Part shown: one piece after another, positions 56,804 to 64,000 of the stretch | Layout: every line of letters begins with the position of its first letter | How positions within the stretch are numbered: the stretch's first letter is position 1 | Source: Gaiellales bacterium | GTDB lineage: Bacteria; Actinomycetota; Thermoleophilia; Gaiellales; F1-60-MAGs149 | Reading direction: 5' to 3' | Assembly (NCBI GenBank): GCA_964203045.1 | Contig: CAXNKU010000002.1 | Coordinates: 131,855-195,854, forward strand | DNA: 64,000 nucleotides | Made by a program: the position numbers and the translations under genes | Notes under the pieces: generated by a model | The model's input: the letters and a program-made list of their open reading frames with translations, nothing else | Databases searched by the model: none | Told to the model about the DNA's origin: nothing

Positions 56804-58450
56804 TCAGCAGGCGCCGCCGGCCGGAGCAGCGAAGATCCGCTCGACCAAAAGATCGGCCCGCTCCGTGGCTTTCAAGGCAAAGCCGCCCTGCCCCGTGGTA
56901 CGCACAATCGTCTGACCCTGCGGTCCAGGCGCCACGCAGTCGGCAACCCCCTCAAGGTTCCAATACGGCATCCAGCGCACACGCAACAGATACCGACCGG
57001 GGGCAGTCACCTCGCCCGTCAACTGATCATGCCCCTGATTCGTGATGGTCGCCGTGCCAGGCCCAGTCATCAGCGGCGTCGGGTCTGGCAACTCGAAAAC
57101 TTGCCACGCCCCCGTCGTCTCGACAAGTGTCAATCCTGATTGACCAGACCGCAGCAGTGCTGCCTCCGACTTCGCGCCCTCCGTATCGAGCGGAGTGTCA
57201 GGGAGCAAGACGTAACGGACGGCACGGGCCCTCAACCAGGCCTGATACTCAGCGGCCGTGATGCGCTTCTTGTAGAGCAGTGGATTCTCGGCGAGATCAA
57301 CCTGGCGATACCAGCCACGCACGAGTGGGAAGCCCGCCTGTGGAATCCAGTATGCCTCCCACCGACCCGACGTCTGCACAACTTCGACGCGATAGTCAGG
57401 CGTCTGATGCTGCTTCAAGAACGCCACGGCTGGCTGCCAAAACTGCGGTTGTGTCGGGCGCGAGTCGGTGCGCGTGGCTGCGTCGTAGAGGTCGGGCAGC
57501 GCGCCATATCCAAACGAGGCGATCAGCGCGACAACGATCAGGAACCGTGGTCGCCACGACGAAAGACCCGCGACGATGACGATCATCGGAAATGCGAAGT
57601 AGCGAAGCCGCGCCAAGTTGTCACCCACGGGAGTCGGAATCGCAAACAAGAGCAGCGACCCAACCGCCCAGACGATCAACAGCCACATGATCAGATGCGC
57701 TTCGGGGCGCCGCCGTGCGATCGCCACACCAAGGATCGAAACCGCGAGCACGGCGATCAGATGGCCAATGAGAAACGGATAGACGCCCTCGGAAGGAAAC
57801 AACCACCCGATCACCAGTTGCAGCACGACCAGCCCACTCAGCCAGGCAGCAACCACGATCGTGCGAGGGTCGAGCCGACGGTGTTCGAGCCAAACCGCGA
57901 CGAGAATCAGACCGAGGAACACAAACGCGAGCGGGCTCAGCCCAAGCGTGACCGCTCCAAGCAACGCTCCCAGAACGTGACGATGGTTCTGCAACGCGAC
58001 CAGACAGACGAGCATCGCTGCAGCACCGACGGCATAGGCATACCCGCCCGTAAAGAGCGGTCCGAGCGCAAGCAACGCAAAGACCCGAGAGCCCCAGACC
58101 GCCGCGACTCCCCAACGCTGCACGACCAGCACCGCAAAGCTGGCGGCCGAGGCCACCACGGCGAACAACCCAAGCGTGACCGGCCCAACCACCTGCTGCG
58201 GGAGGTACGCGAGCGCCGAGTAGGAGATCAGGGGATAGTCGCCGGCGTACCAAAAGTTGTCCCACAGCACCGCGTCGCGCTGCACGAGCAACGCGCGATA
58301 GAGATGAGCCGAAGCGTCGTCCGGTAATGGCGTCAGCGTCTTCAGCAAGACCGCGCCAATCAGGCACAGCAGCGCTGCGATCACCGCCTCCCGCAGGATC
58401 AGCGGGACGCGCGCGAACAGGACGGAGGGGGACTCGGAGCGGGCGCTCAT
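56804..58450 (-). CDS. large polytopic membrane protein of unknown function (GT-C-like topology)
   Basis: 548 aa with about 11 N-terminal helices and then a soluble C-terminal domain of about 200 aa. The function is not recognised, and the glycosyltransferase-C resemblance is topological only. Confidence 0.5.
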   Translation of the reverse strand: MSARSESPSVLFARVPLILREAVIAALLCLIGAVLLKTLTPLPDDASAHLYRALLVQRDAVLWDNFWYAGDYPLISYSALAYLPQQVVGPVTLGLFAVVASAASFAVLVVQRWGVAAVWGSRVFALLALGPLFTGGYAYAVGAAAMLVCLVALQNHRHVLGALLGAVTLGLSPLAFVFLGLILVAVWLEHRRLDPRTIVVAAWLSGLVVLQLVIGWLFPSEGVYPFLIGHLIAVLAVSILGVAIARRRPEAHLIMWLLIVWAVGSLLLFAIPTPVGDNLARLRYFAFPMIVIVAGLSSWRPRFLIVVALIASFGYGALPDLYDAATRTDSRPTQPQFWQPAVAFLKQHQTPDYRVEVVQTSGRWEAYWIPQAGFPLVRGWYRQVDLAENPLLYKKRITAAEYQAWLRARAVRYVLLPDTPLDTEGAKSEAALLRSGQSGLTLVETTGAWQVFELPDPTPLMTGPGTATITNQGHDQLTGEVTAPGRYLLRVRWMPYWNLEGVADCVAPGPQGQTIVRTTGQGGFALKATERADLLVERIFAAPAGGAC

Positions 58451-58502
58451 CAGTTAGAAGGTAGTCGGCAAACGGCGCCGTACGGACGCCGTCACCGGAT
58501 CA

Positions 58503-59153
58503 TCACCCCTGAGTACTGACTGAGCCGCCCTCTTCCTCTACGGCACGTCGGGCACCGGGACGGGCGAGGACGGCGTCGTAATGGGCCGCAACCGTCGTAT
58601 CGGCCCACCAGCTCGCAGCGCCTGGCAGTTCCGTCCCCCACGACGACAGCATCGCGAGGTAGATGTCGGCAATCGAAAACGCATTGCCCTGCAGAAACGG
58701 ACCGGAACCAAGCTTGCCGCTGATGTGAGAGCGCAGAGCCGTCAACTCGTCGACGGCATTGGCCTGGACGAGGTCTGCCCCGTTCGGGTCGTTCGTATAG
58801 CGCGCGGGGTAAAAGAAGCGCAGAAACGCAGGCTGGACCGTGTTGGTCAGGAACATCAGCCACCGCATCGTCTCGGCGCGCTCGGCCGTGCCGACCGCCG
58901 GGATTAGACCCTTGTCCGCATGCAGGTCGGCGAGGTGCAAGCAGCAGGCAGCCGACTCGGTCAACACAAGATCGTCGACCTTCAGCGTCGGGACCTTGCC
59001 GAACGGGCTCAGCTTGATGTAGTCCGCAGGAGCCGTCGGGACACCATCGTCGGTGCGCTCAACGAGCACGAATTCGTAGTCGACGCCAAGCTCCTCCAGC
59101 ACCATGTGCGGAGCGGTCGTGGCTGTACCAGGGATGCCGTAGAGAGTGATCAT
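58503..59153 (-). CDS. glutathione S-transferase-family protein
   Basis: 216 aa from the internal ATG (MITLYGIPGT...). FGKVPTLKVDDLVLTESAA is the GST N-domain core. Confidence 0.8.
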   Translation of the reverse strand: MITLYGIPGTATTAPHMVLEELGVDYEFVLVERTDDGVPTAPADYIKLSPFGKVPTLKVDDLVLTESAACCLHLADLHADKGLIPAVGTAERAETMRWLMFLTNTVQPAFLRFFYPARYTNDPNGADLVQANAVDELTALRSHISGKLGSGPFLQGNAFSIADIYLAMLSSWGTELPGAASWWADTTVAAHYDAVLARPGARRAVEEEGGSVSTQG

Positions 59154-59226
59154 GCACCACAGACTAGCGGCGTAGGGCAGCCTGCACACGCAGAGCGCAC
59201 GCAGGTGCCACCCGTAGAATCGGTGC

Positions 59227-60213
59227 ATGCGCCGCCGCCCCGACGCCGACAAGCGGCAACGAGTGCGCAGCGTTTTCTCGCTACCTCTCGTCCTGCTCCT
59301 CGTGGCAGTAATTGTTGTCGTCGGCTCGCGTATCAGCGGCTGGTCGGCCTCGACCGGCATCTCCGCCTTTGCGACGGTATTCCTGTCGATCATCGTCCAG
59401 GCAACACCGTTTCTCGTGCTCGGAGTGCTCCTGTCGGCCGCGATCGTTGCCTTCGTCCCCGCCGATCTCGCCCAGCGCGCACTGCCACGTAACCGCGCAC
59501 TTGCCGTGCCGGTAGCAGGCGCCGCCGGAATGCTCCTGCCCGGCTGCGAGTGCGCGTCGGTGCCTGTCGCCAACGGACTCATGCGCAAAGGCGTGCCTCC
59601 CGCTGCCGCGTTGACATTTTTGCTCGCCGCTCCTGCCGTTAACCCCATCGTGCTCGCCTCCACGTGGGTCGCGTTTCCCAACGACCATCGCATGGCATTG
59701 GCGCGCCTCGTCGCCTCGCTGGGTGCCGCCATGGTCGTCGGCTGGCTCTGGGTACTCTTCGGCCGCACCGCCTGGATCCGCCTGCCGGCAAAGACCGAGC
59801 CCACAGAGGGACCGCGCTGGCTGACGTTTCGCCATGGCGTTGTGCACGACTTCCTTCACGCCGGTGGCTACCTGATCGTCGGCGGCCTAATCTCGGCGGT
59901 GATCAATGTCGTCTTGCCGGCCAGTTGGGTCGACTCGCTCGCCGAGCAGGTCATCATCGGCGTGCTGGCACTTGCCCTGTTGGCAGTTGTGATGTGCATC
60001 TGCAGCGAGGCTGACGCCTTCGTCGCCGCCAGCTTTACGCAGTTCAGCCCAACTGCACAGCTCGCCTTCATGGTCGTCGGACCGATGGTCGATCTCAAAC
60101 TCGTAGCCATGCAGGCCGGTATCTTCGGGCGCGACTTCGCCGTGCGCTTCGCACCAACGACGCTCGTCTGCGCGATCATCGCGAGCGTCATCGTGGGCTC
60201 GGTGCTGCTCTGA
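59227..60213 (+). CDS. permease (COG0701-type; first subunit of a predicted two-component membrane permease)
   Basis: 328 aa, polytopic, with the LLPGCECASVP motif typical of this family. A TIGR03943-type partner follows. Confidence 0.65.
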   Translation: MRRRPDADKRQRVRSVFSLPLVLLLVAVIVVVGSRISGWSASTGISAFATVFLSIIVQATPFLVLGVLLSAAIVAFVPADLAQRALPRNRALAVPVAGAAGMLLPGCECASVPVANGLMRKGVPPAAALTFLLAAPAVNPIVLASTWVAFPNDHRMALARLVASLGAAMVVGWLWVLFGRTAWIRLPAKTEPTEGPRWLTFRHGVVHDFLHAGGYLIVGGLISAVINVVLPASWVDSLAEQVIIGVLALALLAVVMCICSEADAFVAASFTQFSPTAQLAFMVVGPMVDLKLVAMQAGIFGRDFAVRFAPTTLVCAIIASVIVGSVLL

Positions 60214-60230
60214 CCCGTGCCATCCACATC

Positions 60231-60923
60231 ATGCTGCTGGCAGCGATGCTCGGGCTCCTGCTGCGCCTGCTTGTGCGCGGAGAGTACGTCTTCTATGTCA
60301 AGCCGAGCTTCTTGCCTGCCCTAATCGCGGCGGCGGTAGTGCTGGTGCTGATGACTCTATTTGTCGCCAAGGATGCCTGGGTCGCGATCGACGAGGGCGA
60401 GGGGCATGACCACGGCGATCACGATGGACACGGGCATAACCATGGTGAGCCGCGGGCAGCCTTGCTGCTGGCGCTGCCTCTGATCATCGTCCTGACTGTC
60501 GCCCCCGCACCACTCGGAGCCTTCTCGGCGGCACGCAGTACCGGCAGCCCGGCTCCAACCGCGCGTGCGTTCGCGCCACTACCCGCTGGTGACCCCGTCG
60601 AGGTCGGCGTGCCCGACTTCGTTGCCCGCGCGGGTTCGGAGCAGGGCAAGACGCTCGTCGGGCGCAAGGTACGCCTCGTCGGATTCGTGACCCCAAATCC
60701 GGCTGGTGCCTGGTGGCTCACGCGCTTCGTCGTCTCCTGCTGCGCCGCAGATGCCATCTCCTACCGCGTCTTAACACGCGATGGTCCAAAACTCGAGGCC
60801 GATACGTGGGTTGCGCTCACCGGCCAATGGGTCGCGGCGGCGGGTACCCCCGACGGGATCCCGACCTTGCAGGTCGAACGCCACACCCTGACCCAGCCGC
60901 CGAGCAATCCCTACGCCCAGTAG
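60231..60923 (+). CDS. TIGR03943/DUF1980-like protein with His-rich loop (second subunit of the predicted permease pair)
   Basis: 230 aa with two N-terminal helices, a DEGEGHDHGDHDGHGHNHGE stretch, and a C-terminal domain containing FVVSCCAADA. Confidence 0.6.
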   Translation: MLLAAMLGLLLRLLVRGEYVFYVKPSFLPALIAAAVVLVLMTLFVAKDAWVAIDEGEGHDHGDHDGHGHNHGEPRAALLLALPLIIVLTVAPAPLGAFSAARSTGSPAPTARAFAPLPAGDPVEVGVPDFVARAGSEQGKTLVGRKVRLVGFVTPNPAGAWWLTRFVVSCCAADAISYRVLTRDGPKLEADTWVALTGQWVAAAGTPDGIPTLQVERHTLTQPPSNPYAQ

Positions 60924-60940
60924 CGACGCCGCGTCGTTGG

Positions 60941-60977
60941 CAATGTCCAGAAGGTGCCTGGCCCCTTCTGGACATTG
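60941..60977. repeat. family-1-related 37-bp hairpin between convergent genes
   Basis: CAATGTCCAGAAGGTGCCTGGCCCCTTCTGGACATTG. It has the same termini as the family-1 arms and a 14-bp stem. Confidence 0.9.
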
Positions 60978-60997
60978 CTAACCATGCGAGCTGAGGA

Positions 60998-62356
60998 CTA
61001 GAAGCCGTCTTTCGAGCGGCCAGGAATCCAGTCCGTGCCGGCCAGCGGCACGCGAGCCATCGCGGCGGCCTCGATCGTCAACGCCACGAGGTCCTCCGGC
61101 TCGAGGTTATGCACGTCGCTCTTGCCCGCAGCACGCGCCAACGTCTGCGTCTCGAGCGTCATCGTCCTGAGGTAGTTGTTGAGGCGCCGCCCACCAAGTT
61201 CGGGGTCGAGTCGCTTCGACAACTCCGGATCCTGTGTCGAGATGCCGGCGGGGTCTTTGCCCTCGTGCCAGTCGTCGTAGAAGCCAGCTGCCGAGCCGAT
61301 CTTCGCGTAATCATCGGCGTAGGCCGGATCGTTATCGCCGAGCGCAATCATCGCTGCCACACCAATCGAAACGGCGTCGGCACCAAGCGCCAAGGCCTTC
61401 GCGACGTCGGCACCATTGCGAATGCCACCCGACACGATCAGCTGCACCTCACGATGCATGCCCATCTCCTGCAACGCCTCGACGGCCTCGCGGATACAGG
61501 CCAAGGTCGGCAGGCCAACGTGCTCGATAAAGACGTCCTGCGTGGCGGCCGTGCCACCCTGCATGCCGTCGAGCACGATCACATCGGCACCGGCCTTGAC
61601 GGCCAACTGCGTGTCGTAGTACGGACGGCTGGCACCGATCTTGATGTAGATCGGCTTCTCCCAGTCGGTAATCTCGCGGATCTCCTCGATCTTGATCTCG
61701 AGATCGTCCGGCCCCGTCCAGTCGGGGTGACGACAGGCGCTGCGCTGATCGATGCCCTTCGGCAGGTTGCGCATCTCCGCAACGCGATCCGAGATCTTCT
61801 GGCCCAGCAGCATGCCGCCGCCGCCCGGCTTGGCGCCCTGGCCAACGACGACCTCGATCGCGTCGGCACGACGCAGATCGTCGGGGTTCATGCCGTAACG
61901 CGATGGCAGCACCTGGTAAACGAGGATCTCGGAATGCCCGCGCTCCTCCTCCGTCATGCCACCGTCACCGGTCGTCGTCGACGTGCCTGCCATCGTGGCG
62001 CCACGTCCGAGCGCCTCCTTGGCTTGCCCCGAAAGCGCACCGAAACTCATGCCGGCAATCGTGATCGGGATCTTCAGCTCGATCGGCTTCTTGGCAAAGC
62101 GCGTGCCGAGCGTGACGCTCGTATCGCAGCGCTCGCGATAGCCCTCAAGGGGATAGCGCGACATGCTTGCACCGAGGAACAAGAGGTCATCAAAGTGCGG
62201 CAACTTGCGCTTGGCACCGAAGCCGCGGATGTCGTAAATGCCCTGGCTGGCTGCTCGTCGGATCTCCTCGATCGTGTTGCGATCGAAGATGTACGACTCG
62301 CGCAGACCAGGCTGCCAATTCATGCCGTCGCCGGCTTGTCCGTTGTAATCGCTCAT
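60998..62356 (-). CDS. mgsC: FMN-binding glutamate-synthase-family protein (N-methylglutamate synthase subunit C-like)
   Basis: 452 aa homologous to the GltB FMN domain (GAKPGGGG, SGGIRNG blocks). It is the third gene of a GATase / GXGXG / FMN triplet. Confidence 0.75.
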   Translation of the reverse strand: MSDYNGQAGDGMNWQPGLRESYIFDRNTIEEIRRAASQGIYDIRGFGAKRKLPHFDDLLFLGASMSRYPLEGYRERCDTSVTLGTRFAKKPIELKIPITIAGMSFGALSGQAKEALGRGATMAGTSTTTGDGGMTEEERGHSEILVYQVLPSRYGMNPDDLRRADAIEVVVGQGAKPGGGGMLLGQKISDRVAEMRNLPKGIDQRSACRHPDWTGPDDLEIKIEEIREITDWEKPIYIKIGASRPYYDTQLAVKAGADVIVLDGMQGGTAATQDVFIEHVGLPTLACIREAVEALQEMGMHREVQLIVSGGIRNGADVAKALALGADAVSIGVAAMIALGDNDPAYADDYAKIGSAAGFYDDWHEGKDPAGISTQDPELSKRLDPELGGRRLNNYLRTMTLETQTLARAAGKSDVHNLEPEDLVALTIEAAAMARVPLAGTDWIPGRSKDGF

Positions 62357-62371
62357 GTCAGTCCCTCCGGC

Positions 62372-63070
62372 CTAGTACTCGCCGGCATGGTCGATGTTGA
62401 AGTTGTAGAGACGGCGTGCGGAGCCGTAGCGCTTGAACTCATCGACCTTGGCGTCGGCACCGGCTGCAGTCAGCAGCCGCCCGAGCTCCTCGCGATGAAA
62501 CTCCTTGAGCTCCTTCTCGATGCAGTCCGCGCCGAGCCCTTCGACCGAGCCACGCACGTAGATGTGCGTCTCGTAGATTGAGTCGCCGAGCGAATCACCA
62601 GCATCGCCGCAGACAACGAGCGCACCGGACTGAGCCATAAACGCGCTCATGTGGCCGATGCTGCCCTTGACGACGATCTCGACACCCTTCATCGAGATGC
62701 CGCAGCGTGCCGCAGCATCGCCATCGACGATCACGAGACCGCCACGACCCGTCGCCGCGCAGGCCTGCGAGGCGTTGCCGGTGATGTGGATCGAGCCGCT
62801 CATGATGTTCTCGCCGCAGCCAACACCCACGTTGCCGTTGACGCGCACATGCGCGTGCTTGTTCATGCCCGCCGTGTAGTAGCCGGTGTGTCCCTCGATC
62901 TCGATCTCGAAGGGCGCGTCGACACCAACCGCGACAGCGTGTGCGCCATTTGGGTTGATGATGCGCCAGCGCAGCGGACCCCCAGCGGCACCGTCGTGCA
63001 GCCGCTGGTTGAGTTCACGGAGCGGCGTCGTTGCGAGGTCGACAACCTCAACGTCTGTCGCAGTTGTCAT
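62372..63070 (-). CDS. mgsB: GXGXG-motif (glutamate synthase domain-3-like) protein (N-methylglutamate synthase subunit B-like)
   Basis: 232 aa from the internal ATG (MTTATDVEV...), with a repeated beta-helix G-x-G pattern (VNGNVGVGCGENIMSGSIHITGNAS...). ATGA overlap with the upstream gene. Confidence 0.75.
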   Translation of the reverse strand: MTTATDVEVVDLATTPLRELNQRLHDGAAGGPLRWRIINPNGAHAVAVGVDAPFEIEIEGHTGYYTAGMNKHAHVRVNGNVGVGCGENIMSGSIHITGNASQACAATGRGGLVIVDGDAAARCGISMKGVEIVVKGSIGHMSAFMAQSGALVVCGDAGDSLGDSIYETHIYVRGSVEGLGADCIEKELKEFHREELGRLLTAAGADAKVDEFKRYGSARRLYNFNIDHAGEY

Positions 63071-63975
63071 CGCACCGCCTCCTTCTCCCACGAGTAGACC
63101 GTGGCCGGTGCCGGCTCCCAGGTCTTGGCATTTTCGGCTCCCGGAAGCGTCGCGATCGAGCGATACTCCGACGACATTGCGACCCACTCATCCGTCTCGG
63201 CGAGCACGGCCGGCTTGCACGCGATCGGATCGCGCACGACAGAAAAGCCATCGCGCGTGCCGATCAAGAACGTGTAGAAGCCGTCGAGATCTTCGAACGC
63301 GTTGTCCATCATCTCGGTCAAGGTGTCACCCTCGCGCTGGCGCCACATCATGTAACCGGCTGCGACCTCGGTGTCGTTGAGGGTCTGGAAGCGAATGCCC
63401 TCGCGACGCAACATCCGGCGCAGCCCGTTGTGGTTCGACAGCGACCCGTTGTGCACGAGGCAGAGGTCGAGGCCCGTCGAAAATGGGTGCGAGCCGGCGG
63501 TCGTCACCTTCGACTCGGTAGCCATCCGCGTGTGGCCGAGTGCGTGCGTGCCGTTGAGCGACTTGATGTCGAACGTCTCGATGAAGGCCTCGGGGCGACC
63601 GACCTCCTTGTAGATCTCGATCGCCTCACCCGCGCTCATGATCTTGACGTCGGGGTAGCGCTCCTCGATCCACGCCTCGACCGGCGCGGCCTCGGCATGC
63701 GCAACGATCACGGCATGGTTGGCGCGGCGCTCGATGCCCTTGTTCGCACCAAACTTCTCCTTGATGCCCTTGCGGAGCGCGCTCCAATCGAAGTTGAGGT
63801 CGTCGTGCTGCAGCGTCAACTTCGTGTGGCCAGCGGCAACGGGTTCGCGATAGAACGCGACCCCCGCACTGTCCGGACCTCGATCGCTCATCTCAAAGAG
63901 CATCGGCGCGAGCAGCGCACCAAGGTTTGCCTCTACCTCGGGGTTCTTGGCAAAGAGTCCAACAATTCCGCACAT
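63067..63975 (-). CDS. mgsA: class-II glutamine-amidotransferase-like protein (N-methylglutamate synthase subunit A-like)
   Basis: 302 aa with the N-terminal MCGIVG nucleophile motif of Ntn-type GATases. Confidence 0.75.
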   Translation of the reverse strand: MCGIVGLFAKNPEVEANLGALLAPMLFEMSDRGPDSAGVAFYREPVAAGHTKLTLQHDDLNFDWSALRKGIKEKFGANKGIERRANHAVIVAHAEAAPVEAWIEERYPDVKIMSAGEAIEIYKEVGRPEAFIETFDIKSLNGTHALGHTRMATESKVTTAGSHPFSTGLDLCLVHNGSLSNHNGLRRMLRREGIRFQTLNDTEVAAGYMMWRQREGDTLTEMMDNAFEDLDGFYTFLIGTRDGFSVVRDPIACKPAVLAETDEWVAMSSEYRSIATLPGAENAKTWEPAPATVYSWEKEAVR

Positions 63976-64000
63976 ACGAGCCTCCAGACGTCAGGGCCAC

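Noticed and set aside
59154-59226. Searched the divergent GST / permease spacer for a Zur- or Fur-type box.
   Set aside because: No AT-rich inverted repeat is present. There is only a GC-rich imperfect hairpin (CCTGC…GCAGG), so no regulatory site is claimed.

Overview
High-GC (visibly about two-thirds G+C) bacterial chromosome segment. Gene content is Actinomycetota-like, but that taxon is an inference. It is densely coded: about 60 protein genes and 2 tRNAs (Asp-GTC, Lys-TTT). There are no rRNA genes, CRISPR arrays, transposases or integrases. Many adjacent genes overlap by 4 nt (ATGA/GTGA), which suggests translational coupling.

The dominant theme is C1 and methylated-amine metabolism:
- formaldehyde-activating enzyme (Fae) and a GFA-family protein
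- glycine dehydrogenase GcvP
- homocysteine S-methyltransferase
- MoeA/FdhD
- a non-pyrrolysine MttB-family methyltransferase with two DMT transporters
- a convergent operon with two GcvT-like aminomethyltransferase paralogs
- sarcosine-oxidase-like flavoenzymes
- the three N-methylglutamate-synthase-like genes at the right edge

A second theme is DNA repair: Ogt, Fpg/Nei, an Fe-S photolyase, AlkA, and a YhaO/YhaN-like nuclease-ATPase pair.

Most noteworthy observations:
1. A 665-aa protein fuses an unrecognisable N-terminal domain of about 285 aa to a GcvT-like module. It is followed by a stand-alone GcvT paralog and a MurI-like protein in which both catalytic cysteines are replaced.
2. An exact 86-bp x3 tandem repeat triplicates a stop/start gene junction and creates two chimeric 32-codon mini-ORFs.
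3. Two families of long palindromic, MITE/REP-like intergenic repeats are present.
4. A low-GC two-gene cassette sits next to a relic gene fragment.
5. Five otherwise intact genes carry single frameshifts, two of them at G/C homopolymers. These could be assembly indels or true pseudogenes.

Functional calls rest on motif and family recognition by eye. No database search was run.
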